From assembly GCF_030144855.1 (NCBI RefSeq), contig NC_082714.1, positions 93,930,001 through 93,994,000 on the forward strand: a stretch of 64,000 nucleotides of DNA, written 5' to 3'. Positions 1 to 12,972 of the stretch are shown in pieces. Positions within the stretch are counted from its first letter, which is position 1, and every line of letters starts with the position of its first letter. This DNA comes from Hypanus sabinus. Lineage: Eukaryota. The notes under the pieces were generated by a model. The model saw nothing but the letters and a program-made list of their open reading frames with translations. It did not search any database and was not told the DNA's origin. Both the position numbers and the translations under genes were made by a program.

Positions 1-1634
1 ATAAAATATTAAATCAACAATAAAGTAATCTGGTTGACCTGGAGGGAAGATCATGGCGGAAAAATATCAGGATATACAATGTTCTCGAAGGAGCGCAGGG
101 TTTATCTATGCGCTGGAGCTTCCCTCGGTTATGGATCTTGAAATTGAGAGGGCGCATCATGCGCCCACCCCGCGACCTACTGGAGACAGAGAAGATTAGC
201 CACGTTCAATAGTTATTAGATTTCTTCGATACAATATTAAGGCGGAGATTCTACGAATGGACTGGGGTAAGAAGAGGGTGTTTTTGGACGGTGAATTAAT
301 ATATTTCGATCAAGGTTACCCCCCGGCTGTCCCACAGAGACGTAAATTACACTCTGAAGTAAAGGAAATTTTAAAGCAAAGAAAGATAAGATTTCAAACT
401 CCATACTTTGATAAATTGCTGGTGTTTAATGACGATGTGATCCGTCTTTATCAGACAGCGAAGGAGGCGACTACAGACAGGAAGGCCAGAGGGTTGTCCG
501 TCAGTGTGATCAAACCGAGAGAAAGCCTGTCTGAGCAGATATCCCCGTCTGCTTGGGAAATATTGCGAGAATCGACCAAGCTGAGGACGGGAGGAGGACG
601 GGAGAGAAATATATCAGGAAGAGACTGCGTTTTCCGAAGACAGCCCTCACCCCCTCCCGAAGAGCCATAAAGTTTGGCGAACTTTCAAAGTGTTGAGAAG
701 CTAAATGGAATCAAAAATAGACAGTGACATCCCTAACTCGAGAAATACTTATTATAATGTGGAGTTTATATTACTCAATTATTCTTTTTTATTTATTCAT
801 TCATTTTCCCCACCTAAATGAGAATATGTAGGAAAACACAGGGGAAGCTTTTCTGTGTAATGAATATAGATTTGTTTACCTACTTTTATGGGTACTGGAA
901 TGGGGGCACTCATCTCACAGGTAGGAGGGGTTATTCCCCACAGATAGGAGGGGCTATTCCCCACAGATAGACTTTTCCTCTAGCTCAACCCAGGCTCTTC
1001 TAATAGAGACATCAGTCTTGGAATCACACTTTCATTGACTTTTTTGATTATTATTCGCGTTTCTTGGTTCTTAATTGTTCAGTGAGTAGATCGATTGATA
1101 TTTATTCTGCTAATTTCAATGAGATCTTGACAGATAAATACACGTGACTAAGGACAAAGTAAAATTAATTTCGTTTAACGTCAATGCGCTGTTAAATCCA
1201 ATCAAACTTAGTAGAATTCTATCCCAAATGATAAAAGTAAATACCCATGTAGTATATTTACAGGAAGCTTACTTAAGTGACAGTCAACTGCAGTGAATAG
1301 GTTTCACTGATATGTTTTTCCCCTCATATAAATCAGGACATAACAGAAAAGTTGCTGTTCTTATCTCAAGTAAGCTTAATTTTGAAAAAAAAAATATTCG
1401 AGATTGTGGGGGGGGGGGGTGGGAAGATAGACAGAAATTCAGTTACTCTATTGAATATATACTCACCCCCAGGAAGTGATATTGGTTTCTTTCAGAAAAT
1501 CACTAATGCTATGGTAATGGAAACAGAAGGTCTCCTGATATGTTGGGGAAACTGAAATTTACGTTACAACCAAAGCTAGAGACTTCCAGTAGAAAAACAT
1601 ATAAAACAAGATCCTTACAGAAGAAAGTTAATAC
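1..1634 (+). mobile_element. L1-clade (Tx1/L1-like) LINE, segment 1: ORF1 C-terminal part, inter-ORF region and start of the ORF2 endonuclease
   Basis: Degenerate DLEGRSxRKNIRI ORF1 motif near base 30-75. ORF 257-670 resembles an L1 ORF1p C-terminus. APE-type endonuclease remnants at 1150-1630 (LLNIYSPPGSDIGFF). A second copy lies at 47623-49927. Confidence 0.85.
257..670 (+). pseudogene. L1-clade ORF1p C-terminal fragment
   Basis: Translation ...IYFDQGYPPAVPQRRKLHSEVKEILKQRKIRFQTPY... resembles fish L1 ORF1p; upstream stops break the frame. Confidence 0.75.
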
Positions 1635-1964
1635 TGTTAAGGATACGGCCTGAACACTGGGTCAAAGGGACGCTGCTGATAGCTCTGGACTATGACAGCC
1701 CTTAAATTCTATTTTCTTTCACTTGGCCATATGGGCTTTAAACCAGCCCCTTCCCTAATTGGACTCTCGCCAATTACCTACTTATCTCCTCAATAGCACA
1801 CACCTGTTTCTGTTCTTGCTCATTACCCGGTCCATTTAAACCCTGCCTCAACTCACACTCTCTGCCTATTCGTCCCAGTCTTGAACTGAATCATTCTAGC
1901 TTGCTATAGTGACCACTGCCAACGGAAACTGTTGAATTCTGCCTGTTTGGAACCTGATTCCTGC
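1635..1964 (+). repeat. sushi-like 5' LTR, left part
   Basis: Aligns with the first part of 12973-13507 up to CCTGATTCCTGC. Confidence 0.92.
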
Positions 1965-2829
1965 TGTTACGTTTTCTGAAGCAATAAATATATTAGTGAG
2001 GCAGGTTTTTTTTTAATTACATTTAAAACACTGAAAAACAAACCCCCAAAAGTAAACAAATCACTAACGTAACCGGAAATCAGCTGCTGTGCGGCAGCTT
2101 ACACAGTTCTTAAAGGAATAAAGCGAAAACAGTCCTTAAAGCGATGTTGCAAAAACAGTTCTTCAAAGCAGTACTGCAAAAGTTCAAAATGCTTACAGTC
2201 CATTAAAGGAGAGTCTTTTTAGACGATTTAAATTCTCTTTCCGGTTGTGTTGTTGCGGTTCCCAGTCGAACTATACTTTTCCCGGAGAATTTACGAAGAT
2301 GAAAATGAAGCTGCTCAAAGGCACTGACCTTACCATTACAAAACGGTACTCAAACCTTTCTGCTATTATTCGCATGGATCACCACAGGGATAGTCAACGC
2401 ATTCCTTCCGAATGAGGATCAAATAAGGTCGAACCTGTTTCACCGTCGAAATCGACTTTCCTGGATCTTTTTCTCCCGAACACCGATCGGCACTCTCCAC
2501 TGATTGTTAACCGGCAGTATTATAAAGAAACAGCCGGCAATGACCTGTTAAACTTCAGGCATTAAATAAACCTCCACCTTTCAACCAAACTGCGTCATAA
2601 TATTGGACCACGCAGTGGCATGGAGTCAAAATGGCAAATCCAGCCACGAACTGCCCCTCCTGACAGGGAGGGGTCCTCCTTTTATACCCTGCAAAAAACA
2701 CATGTCACATGACCTCTACTGGCGGGAAAATGACGTCACTCCACCATCACAGGGCCACAACCTTCTGTCCAGAGTAGCTTCAACACCATTGTCATGAGAC
2801 AAGTACAGGATACCCACGGGTACGTAACA
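1965..2829 (-). repeat. Gmr1-like 3' LTR
   Basis: Direct repeat of 7639-8491 with TGTTAC...GTAACA termini; preceded on the minus strand by a T-run plus GCAGGGAGT (PPT). Confidence 0.92.
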
Positions 2830-3094
2830 ACTCCCTGCAAAAAAAAAAAATATTCTGTCAAGAACAAAATTTTAACAATTACTCACAGGAAAAAAAAACA
2901 AATGCATAAATTTGATAACATACACAGCATACATTGTATCATCATATAACATCTTACAACTTACAATACAGTAGAAGTGCTACAATTGTAAAAAACCTCC
3001 CCATAAAAAAATTACATTGTACATTCAGCATCGAGATTGGCAATCAGCAACGACATTATCTTTACTTTTAATATGTTCTCCCAAAATTGTACTC

Positions 3095-5917
3095 TTATAA
3101 CATCAAATTCGAATTTAATAACCTTCTGTTTTTGTTTTTCATCTTACTCAGAAACACTAACGGATTATGATCACTGTAAACAATAAGTGTTTTTTGAGTT
3201 GTACCAATATATACGTCAAAATGTTCTAAAGCTAAAACAAGAGATAACAATCCGTTCTCTATTGTCGAATACTTTCTTTGATGCTTATTAAATTTCTTAG
3301 AAAAGTAAGCTACTGGATGATAAACCTCATCACCCACATTCCATTTCATTAATACTGCTCCTGCAGCCTCGTCACTAGCATCTACAGCTAATGCAAAAGG
3401 TTTTTCAAAGTCATGTGCCTTGAGCACAGGTTGCTGACATATCATAGTTTTCAATTTTTCAAATGCTTCTTGACAATTCACTGTCCACACAAACTTCTCA
3501 TTTTTCTGCAAAATGTTAGATAATGGAAGGGCAACATTAGCAACATTCTTACAAAATTTTCGATAATATCCTACCATTCCCAAGAATCTCCTGAGAGTTG
3601 TTCTCCCCATTGAAGTCGGAATCTCTAAAATTGCCTGAACTTTTGCCTGAACAGGACCTACCTTACCTTGACCCACAACATAACCAAGGTAAGTCACAGT
3701 GGCATGTCCGAATTCACTCTTAGCTAAATTAAGAGTTAAGTTAGCTTTTGCAAGCCTTTCAAACAATTTCTCCACCGCAATGATGTGTGCTTCCCAAGTA
3801 TCATTTCCTGTCACTAAATCATCAATATAAGCATCTGTGTCGTTCAATCCCTGAATCACAGAGTTAATCATCCTCTGGAAAGTACCTGGGGCATTCTTCA
3901 TCCCAAGTGGAAGGCAATTATATTCATATAGCCCAGATTGAGTTACATATGCAGAAATATCTCTACCTCTGTCCCTTAGTGGAACACACCAATATCCTTT
4001 CAATAAATCAATCTTTGTAAGGAACTTTGCTTTTCCAACTTTATCTGCACAATCATCTACTCTAGGAATTGGATATGCATCTGTTTTCGTTACAGCATTC
4101 ACCTTCTTATAGTCTGTACAAAACCTAATACTACCATCTGGTTTTGGCACCATAACACAGGGTGAACTCCAATTCGAGTTAGAATGTCTAATAATATTAT
4201 TCTCGAAGAAGTATTTAATTTCTTTCTCAGCAAGTTCACATTTTTCTATCTTCATCTTATATGGGTGTTGCTTAATGGGTTTGGCATCTCCAACATCTAC
4301 ATCATGTGAAGCTATAGTCGTCCTTCTGGGAACGTCTGGAAACAAATCCCTATATTTAAAATATAATTTCTTCATCTGCTGTTTCTGTTCTAGCTGTAAA
4401 TGTGCTAGATTCTCATCAATATTCTCCAGAATGGTTGAATTTGGTAAGCTGACAGAAGTAATGTTGGAATTAGAATGAAATTCAGAGGAATCATCTATCA
4501 CGTTCCTAATTAAATCAAATTCATTATAATTAACCACAACGGTCACAGTATCAGATTGTTTCACACAATACGGTTTTATCATATTTATATGGCAATGTTG
4601 TGTTGGCCTTCTACGATTTGGAGTTTTTATCACATAATCCACATCATTGATTTTAGACACAATTTCATAAGGACCATGAAATCTTGCTTGTAAAGGATTC
4701 GTTTGCACTGTGAAAAGAACCAGCACCTTATCTCCAGGCTTAAACATCCTCTTCGTAGCTTCTTTATCATGCCAGGTTTTCATTTTCTCCTGAGCCAATT
4801 TTAAATTATCCTTGGCTAAGCTACAAGCTTTATGTAATCTATCCTTCAATTTCAAAGCATAGTCCAATAAATTAGTGTGTACTTCCTTACTAATCCACTG
4901 TTCTTTTAATAAAGCTAAAGGTCCTCTAACTCTATGCCCAAATACAACTTCAAATGGACTGAAACCTAAAGATTCTTGTACCGATTCCCTTACTGCAAAT
5001 AATATTAATTTTATACTCTCATCCCAATCGCTTTCATTTTCCATACAATATGTCCTAATCATATTCTTGAGGGTAGAATGAAACCACTCCAAGGCACCTT
5101 TCGATTCCCGATGGTATGCAGACGGAGTGATTTGCTTAGCTCCCAATTTATAAACTATCTGTTGAAACAATCCAGACATAAAATTACTGCCTTGATCAGT
5201 TTCTATTTCCTTAGGTAATCCAAAATAAGTAAAGAATTTTATAAGAGCCTTTGCCACAGTTTTAGCTGTTATTTTCCTAAGTGGTACTGCATCTGGAAAC
5301 CTAGACGAAATACACATGACAGTCAACAAGTACTGATAACCAGTTTTTGTCTTTGGTCATGGACCGACACAATCTATAATAACTTTAGAAAACGGTTCAT
5401 CAAATGTTGGAATAGGTTATAATGGAGCCACTGGTGTAACTTGATTTGGTTTACCCACAATTTGACAAGTATGGCATGTTTTACACAACATCGCCACATC
5501 TTTTCTTAGACCAGGCCAGTAAAAATGTTGTAAAATCTTCTCCACAGTTTTCCTTACCCCTTGATGAGCTAAAGTCAAAATCTCGTTTCGATAAATTTTA
5601 GGGACAACCACCTGGTAAACAATATTCCACTCCTCAATTGCAGGAATTGTAGGTGATCTCCACTTCTTCAACAACACTTCTTTTTCCAAGTAATATCCTA
5701 TAGGCACCTGGTCAATTTCACTATCTGGTAGAACTTGTTCTCTTAATTTTATAATCTCAGGGTCTCTATTCTGCTTTGCTATCATCTTCTTCCGAGACGG
5801 AGATAAATCTTCATAGTCAGACTTACTCCAAGAATCTTGTTCAAACAATGGTAAGAAAGTCTCTGACAGATCCTCAAAACTCGAATCCAGAGTTAAACAG
5901 TCATGAGTAAGAACCAA
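3095..5917 (-). pseudogene. pol: Gmr1-like pol: integrase (H2C2, core, GPY/F), then RT and RNase H
   Basis: ORF 5417-5917 has HQGVRKT...CKTCHTC. ORF 3095-5329 has ETDQGSNF, FHGPY, then RT (KIDLLKGYW, YIDDL) and RNase H (AVDAS, SDHNPL). A stop and frameshift separate the two ORFs. Confidence 0.9.
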
Positions 5918-6189
5918 TTCTGCGCATCAATCTTTTTAGCCAAAGCTCTAGTCACAACACAGGAAGAATCTGTGTTAGAATTCATCTGTGGTTCCTCTGA
6001 CTCCATTGTCAAATGCACGAGGGAAAACTTGTCCACCTGCCAGGTCATTACCTAACAATAAAGAAATATCCTTCGCAGGTAAGCTAGGCTGTCATCCTAC
6101 TTTAACAAATCCTGTAACAAGCCCTGACTTTAAACTTACTTTATGCAAATGAACAGGCATAAAAGCACTCCCAACACCTCGTATATAAT

Positions 6190-6420
6190 TTACGAGGTAT
6201 ATAATTGACGAGCTTCATTAAACTTCAATACACAGTCTAACATTAGTGATTGAGAAGCTCCAGTATCCCTAAGGATTTTTATTAGTACCGGAGTAGATCC
6301 TTTTTTCAAGGATACAAACCCTTCAGTTATAAAATGATCGTATCCCTTCTTAACTTGGTCAGACACTAACAAAACCTCATTTGTGTTTATCAAACCCTGT
6401 AATTTTACAGGTGCTTCCAT
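6190..6420 (-). pseudogene. Aspartic protease fragment of the Gmr1-like element
   Basis: ILRDTGASQSL catalytic motif. Confidence 0.85.
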
Positions 6421-6447
6421 ATGTTGTGCACACGCATCTGGGACTGC

Positions 6448-7422
6448 TTACTTCTCTTTCTTTTTCAATCGGAAACAGTTAGCTATTACATGGCCAGGTT
6501 TCTTACAATAGTTACAAATAGGACCAAACTGTCTTTCCTTCACAGGTTCTCCTTCCTCCTTACCTTTCTCAGTAATTTCTGATTTAATTTTTGATTTACC
6601 TTGAGTCTCTGTGTTATTTTTCCTCTTAAAAATTCTGCCCTGAGGAAATGTATTCTTCTGGATTAAAACATACTCATCAGCTAATCTAGCAGAGCCCTGC
6701 AATGTATCAGTATCCCTCTCATTTAAGTAGGTCCTTACTTCAACAGGGATGCTTCTTTTAAATTACTCCATTAAAATCAGCTCTTTCAATGTATTATAGT
6801 CCCCATTTACATTTTTAGAGGAAGCCCATTTCTGAAAACTCACAGCTTTATCATAGGCAAATTCCACAGAAGTTTTTTCCACAGACTTCTTCAAACTTCT
6901 GAATCTTTCTCTATACGATTCTGGGACCAATTCGTATGCTTTCAAAATCTGCTATTTCACAATATCATAATCAAGGGCTTGCGCAGCAGTTAAAGCTGTA
7001 CAAACTTGTTGTGCTTTGCCTTTAATTACACTCTGTAACAACACTGACCATTGATCTTTCAGCTACTCTGAAATCTGAGCAATTGTTACAAAATGTTGGA
7101 AATATCTTTCCAATTCTGTTTCACTAAATGAAGGGACCAATTTAATTTCTTGACTAGCAACAAATGGCTTTCTAGAACCAGAAGACTGACTCTCAGACAT
7201 TCATTCCACCATCGCATATTCAAATTCCCTCTGTTTTCTTTCCGCTTTTAACCTAGAACGCTCCAACTTCATTTGTTCGATTTGCAACTGCATCTCCAGA
7301 TTACTTATTGGAAACGACTCTAAAATGGATTCATCAAAATCACCCGAATCTACATAGCGTGACGCGATGCTTCTCTGTATTAGAGCCTTTGATGTAGACC
7401 TCAAAATACCTTTAAGTTCCAA
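6448..7422 (-). pseudogene. gag: Gmr1-like gag, fragmented, with a CCHC knuckle and a possible SCAN-like region
   Basis: CNYCKKPGHVIANC in ORF 6448-6702; AYELVPESYRERF...LKELILME in ORF 6763-6945. The SCAN-like call is by resemblance only. Confidence 0.78.
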
Positions 7423-7614
7423 TCTACTAGCTATCTCAGTTACCTCAGTTTTTTTGCCTTCGCCAACAACTCCGTGTATGGCGAAGCCAGAAACTCATCA
7501 ATATTCATTGTTGCCGAATACAACTCCCAAGCCAATTAAACAAAAGGATCGGGTATTCCCCTTTTCCAAAACACCGATTCAAAATTGAAAAAAACATTTA
7601 AACTCATAAGGTTG

Positions 7615-7632
7615 ATTCCGGACGAGCCCCCA
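7615..7632 (-). promoter_or_regulatory. Primer-binding site for tRNA-Pro
   Basis: Minus strand reads TGGGGGCTCGTCCGGAAT just after the 5' LTR, 17/18 identical to the tRNA-Pro PBS TGGGGGCTCGTCCGGGAT. Confidence 0.88.
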
Positions 7633-7638
7633 TATTTA

Positions 7639-8491
7639 TGTTACCTATTCAGCCACAATAAATATATAAGTGAGGCAGGGTTTTTTTTTAATGACAAAAT
7701 AAAACACTTATGAAACACTGAAAAGCAAGCCCCCAAAAGTAAACAAACCACGAACGTAACCGGAAATCAGCTGCTGTGCGGCAGATTAAACAGTTCTTAA
7801 ATGAATAGAGCGAAAGCAGTTCTTAAAGCGATGTTGCAAAAACAGTTCTTCAAAGTAGTACTGCAAAAGTTCAAAATGCTTACAGTCCATTAAATGAAAG
7901 ACTTTTCAGACGATTTAAATTCTCTTTCACGTCGTGTTGTTGCGGTTCCGAGTCGAACTATGCTTTTCCTGGCGAATTTACGAAGACCTTTCCTTCACAA
8001 AACTGTACACGTCCCTTTCTGCTATTATTCGCAGGGGTTAACACAGGGACAGCCAACGAATTCCTTGCGAATGAGGATCAAACAAGGACGAACCTGTTTC
8101 ACCGTCGAAATCGACTTTCCTCGATCTTTTAGCTCCCGAACTCTGATATTCACTCTCCACTGATTTTTAACTGGCAGTATTATAAAGAAGCTGTCGGCAA
8201 TGACCTTTTAAACTTTAGGCATTAAATAAAACTCCACCTTTCAACCTAACTGCGTCATAATTTTGGACCACGCAGTGGCATGGAGGCAAAATGGCAAATC
8301 CAGCCACGAACTGTCCCTCCTGACAGGGAGGGGTCCTCCTTTTATACCCTGTAAAAAAAAAACCTGTCACATGACCTCTACTGGCGGGAAAATGACCGCA
8401 CTCAACCATCACAAGACCTCTACCTTAAGTCCAGTATAGCTTCAACACCAGAGTCACGTGACAAGTACAAGATACCCACGGGTACGTAACA
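7639..8491 (-). repeat. Gmr1-like 5' LTR
   Basis: Repeat of 1965-2829 with substitutions and indels. Confidence 0.92.
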
Positions 8492-8685
8492 CTGCCTGAA
8501 GCATCCGTAATCGTCTGCCCTCGCCGGATAGCCTTTACCAGGTAAGACCTCCGCCTGGCATTCCGGCTTCGTGCCTGCCTCCTGGTGTTGAATGTGTGTT
8601 GGCCCTGTGGCAGCTAATAACATCCTGGTAAAAGAACATTTGTTGGTCTGCACTTGAGACCTACCTCAACCGGCCCCTCCTGACA
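8492..8685 (+). repeat. sushi-like 5' LTR, right part
   Basis: Aligns with the end of the 3' LTR; ends CCCCTCCTGACA. Confidence 0.92.
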
Positions 8686-8700
8686 GAACGAACAGGCCAT

Positions 8701-9870
8701 ATGGACTTAGCAGACCCCAACCGTGTGCGTGAGGCCCATTCCCGACAGGAAGTCTTATTAGGGAGACGCGAAGCGCAGTTCCCCTCTGTCAACATGTCGA
8801 TGGAAGCCTTCTCCGCCTCTCTGACCAGTATGGCCTCCCAACTGCTGCAGATTCAGCTAGCGCTGATAACTAACCCTTCTGTTCCGGCAACTTCATCCCC
8901 ACAGACTCCAACCCTACCAGCCCGAGAGCCCCGTTTACCTCCACCTGAAACTTACAATGGTGAACCAGTCAGCTGCAGATCCTTCCAGTCCCGATGCTCA
9001 TTGATTTTTGAGCTGCAGCCCGCTACCTTTCCCACTGATCGATCCCTTTTCGCTTATGTGATCACGTTGCTGTCGGAAAGAGCAAGAGAGTGGGGTACGG
9101 CCGTGTGGGACAGCAAATTCCCTTTTTGCCACACGTTTGAAAACTTTTGTGAGGAGATGAAAAGATTCTTTGACCGCTCCCAGCAGGGGCGAGAAGCAGG
9201 GAGGGAAATGTTGCGGATTCGTCAGGGTAACCGCTCTGTTTCGGACTACTCTATTGAGTTCCGCACGCTAGCCGCCACTACCTACTGGGATTCGGAAGCC
9301 CAATCTGACGTGTTCCTCTATGGATTGAGCGAGGGGGTCAAGGATGAACTAGCCGCTCGGGACCTGACTACCGACTTCCATGATCTGGTCGATTTGGCCA
9401 TTAAAATTGATAGTCGCATAAAACAGCGTCAGCGGGAGCGTGAGATCTGGGGTTCCCGAAGAACCACCAGGGGACGTCTGACATTCTTCCAGCCCGCACC
9501 CACGTCTCCTCCTCAGAATCCTCAGTCACCCCCATCCAGCCCAACGGAACCCATGCAGATTGATCATGCCTGTCTGTCTCCTTCGGAGAGAAGGAGGAGG
9601 CTCCTGACCAACTCTTGTCTGTATTGTGGTCAGGATGATCACTATGTATCCAGTTGTCCTGTAAAAGACAAATGCTCTTTCGTAAAAGAGGACTATGGAC
9701 AAGCAATGTTTCCTTTTCCCGATCCTCCATCACTGGGAACCTGCTACCCGCTTTTATACTGGCTGAAGGGAGGAGACATACTGTCTCAGTCTTCATCGAC
9801 TCCGGGGCTGAGGGAAACTTCATCAGTTCCAGTTTGGTGGCCAAACTCGGGATGCCACTCTCCCGACTGA
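8701..9870 (+). CDS. gag: sushi-like Gag (retrotransposon gag domain and CCHC knuckle)
   Basis: 389-aa ORF with PPPETYNGEP...CRSF, EPMQID and CLYCGQDDHYVSSC. Confidence 0.88.
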   Translation: MDLADPNRVREAHSRQEVLLGRREAQFPSVNMSMEAFSASLTSMASQLLQIQLALITNPSVPATSSPQTPTLPAREPRLPPPETYNGEPVSCRSFQSRCSLIFELQPATFPTDRSLFAYVITLLSERAREWGTAVWDSKFPFCHTFENFCEEMKRFFDRSQQGREAGREMLRIRQGNRSVSDYSIEFRTLAATTYWDSEAQSDVFLYGLSEGVKDELAARDLTTDFHDLVDLAIKIDSRIKQRQREREIWGSRRTTRGRLTFFQPAPTSPPQNPQSPPSSPTEPMQIDHACLSPSERRRRLLTNSCLYCGQDDHYVSSCPVKDKCSFVKEDYGQAMFPFPDPPSLGTCYPLLYWLKGGDILSQSSSTPGLRETSSVPVWWPNSGCHSPD

Positions 9871-12800
9871 AGCAACCCCTGGAGGCCAGCGGCTTAACCG
9901 TGGTGAAAATGGTCTTGGTTACCCACTCTACAGCTCCGTTGAGTCTCCTCATTTCTGGTAATCACCAAGAGAGTATTATTTTTCATGTGATCGATTTCCC
10001 CAAAGCAGAAGTTGTGTTAGGTCACCCATGGCTAGCTCAGCATGGTCCACACATCGATTGGTCGAATAGCAGAGTGTTAAGCTGGAGTCCCTTCTGCCTA
10101 AATCATTGTCTGGGTGTTTCTCATTCTACTCTAAGTCCGGCTCCTCTGCTACAGAAGAGTTTCCCGATCTGTCCTCTGTACGCCCAGAATATCGGGACCT
10201 AAAGCTGGTATTCAGCAAGACTCGGGCAACCACCTTACCCCGACATCGTCCCTGTGATTGTTCTATTGATCTCCTTCCGGGAACCTTTCCACCTGGGGGC
10301 AGTCTGTGTTCCCTGTCTCCACCTGAAAGGGCGGCGATAAGTATATCCAGGAGAGCCTGGCTGCAGGAATTATCAGTCCCTCTTCCTCCGTAGCAGGAGC
10401 AGGGTTCTTCTTTGTAGCCAAGAAGCACGTGTCCTTGCGTCTTTGCGTGGACTATATGGAGGTCTCAATGAGGTCACCGTTAAGAACCGCTATCCTCTTC
10501 CTTTAATGTCATCCGCATTTGAATTGCTCCAGGGTGCTTCTATCTTTTCCAAGCTCGACCTCCGCAACGCTGACCATTTGGTCCGCATAAGGCAGGGGGA
10601 TGAATGGAAGACCGCGTTCAATACGCCCTCTGGGCACTATGAATATTTGGCGATGCCTTTCGGACTTTCCAATGGTCCTGCTGTGTTCCAGTCTCTGATA
10701 AATGAGACATGCTGAACCAATTTGTATTCGTATACCTCGACGGCATTCTAATATTTTCTAGGTCCCTCTCTGAACATATCCAGCACGTCCGCCGGGTACT
10801 CCAACGACTCCTGAAGAACCAGTTATTTGTAAAGGGGGAGAAGTGTGAATTTCACCGGTGTTCAACTTCGTTCCTGGGATATGTGATCAGCGCTGGAAGA
10901 ATCCAGATCAAGGCGGTAGAGGAGTGGCTGCAACTCGCATCTCGACGGGGCGTCCAACGCTTTCTTGGGTTTGCCAACATCTATCGCCGATTCATTCAAA
11001 ACTTCAGCATCCTGGCCGCCTCGCTGACTGTCCCAACCTCCTCCAAATCGAAGTTCGCCTGAAGTCCAGCGACTGAGAAAGCCTTTTCGGATTTGAAGAC
11101 TCGTTTCACCAGGGCCCATATCCTCCTTCAGGCCGAGCCAACCAGGCAGTTTATAGTAGGGACGGATACCTCTGACGTAGGAGTTGGGGCTATCCTGTCA
11201 CAGCGTTCAGCAGAGGACAACAAAGTACACCCGTGCGCCTTTTTCTTCCACAAATTTTCGCCCGCAGAACGGGACTATGACATCGGCGATCGAGAGTTGT
11301 TGGCAGGTAAACTTGCTGTCGAGGAATGGCGGCATTAGCTTGAGGGAACTACTACCCCTTTTCTAGGCTGGACGTATCACAAGAACCTGGAATATATCCG
11401 TTCCGCCAAACGCCTCAAGTCCCGCCAAGCTCGGTGGTCCCTGTTTTTTGCCCGTTTCAGGTTCATACCTACCGCCCTGGTTCTAAGAACGGCAAGCCTG
11501 ACGTGCATTCCAGGCACTTTCCCACAACCAACGAAGCACCCGAGGATACAACCTTTCTCCCCAAGCAATACCTGGTCGCCGCAGTACAGTGGGAGATTGA
11601 ATCTGTGGTCCGGTCGAACCCAACAGGGTGAATCGGTTCCTTATGCGTGTCCCGCTAACCTATTGTATGTCCCCCAGTTTGTCCGCTCCCAGGTTCTCCA
11701 GTGGAGACACACCTCCAGACTGGCATGTCACCCTGGCATCAGACGCAAGACGGCCTTCATCAGACAAAGATTTTGGTGGCCATTCCTGAGGAAGGATGTC
11801 ATGAACTTCATTTCTGCCTGCCCTGTCTGTGCACAGATCAAGACCTCCTGCAACCCCTACCTGTTCCTAGAAGGCCCCGATCACACATTGCACTGGACCT
11901 TGTCACCGGTCTCACCCCGTCTGACGGTAACACCACCATTCTTACCATAGTGGATCGTTTCTCCAAATCGGTCCACTTAGTGTCCCTTCCCAGGCTGCCC
12001 TCGGTCAAGGAGACTGCCGACCTGGTGATTCAGCATGTTTTCCGTATTCACGGTCTGCCCGTTGAAGAGGTGTCTGACAGAGGTTCACAATTTACCTCCC
12101 ACTTTTGGAGAGCCTTTTGCAGATTACTCGGGATCAAGGTTAACCTCTCGCCTGGGTTTCATCCACAGAGTAATGGCCAGACCGAGCGGGCGAATCAGCA
12201 GATGGAAGTGATGCTCCGTTGTGTGACTTCTCGGGAGTCTTCCTCTTGGAGTCGGTAACTTTCCTGAGTCGAGTACGCCATCAATTCCTTGCCTTCTGCT
12301 TCATCAGGTCTGTCACCATTCCAGTGCTGTCTTGGCTATCAACACCCATTACTCGCACCTCAGGAGTAGGAAGTGGGCTTTCCCTCAGCCGAAACGCTTA
12401 TCCAGAGGTAATCGCGGACCTAGAGGCCAGCCCGAGAGGCGCTGCTTCAGTCTACAGCCAGAATGAAGCAGCAAGCAGACCGTCACCGCATCGAGGCTCC
12501 CCGTTACCGCCAGCATCAGAAAGTGTGGTTATCCTCGCGGGAGATCCACTTAAACGTGGACTCCCGCAAGCTGGCGCCATGATACATTGGACATTTCCCC
12601 ATCACTAAGGTGATCAGCCCTTTGGCGGTGCGTCTAGATCTGCACCCTACCCTTCGCAGGATTCACACTACCTTCCATGTGTCAAGGATTAAGCCCTTCG
12701 TCTGTCACCCGCTCTGTCCCGCCCCTTATTCCCCCTCCCCCTCCCCGTTTCATCGCTGTCTCGGAGGCTTTCAGTGTGCGCCGATTATTGGACGCTCAAC

Positions 12801-12950
12801 GCAGGGGCCGTGGACTGCAATATCTCGTGGATTGGGAGGGCTATGGCCCCGAGGAAAGGTGCTGGTTTCCCGCTCGGGATATCTTGGATCCCTCTCTCAT
12901 CAGGGACTTTCATAGAAGCCATCCCGTACCGGCAAGAATGGCGTCTGGGG
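9654..12950 (+). pseudogene. pol: sushi-like pol (PR-RT-RH-INT-chromodomain), many frameshifts and stops
   Basis: FIDSGAEGNF (PR, -1 frame relative to gag); KLDLRNA and [15 protein letters not shown] (RT); [10 protein letters not shown] (RH); HPG...C..C and SDRGSQF (INT); [15 protein letters not shown] (chromodomain). Confidence 0.9.
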
Positions 12951-12972
12951 AGGCCCGTGGGGAGGGGGGTAC

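Larger units (their letters stand above)
1965..8491 (-). mobile_element. Gmr1-like Gypsy LTR retrotransposon nested in the sushi 5' LTR
   Basis: LTRs at 1965-2829 and 7639-8491. 4-bp TSD CTGC (1961-1964, 8492-8495). PBS and PPT present. Minus-strand order gag(CCHC)-PR-INT-RT-RH. Confidence 0.93.
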
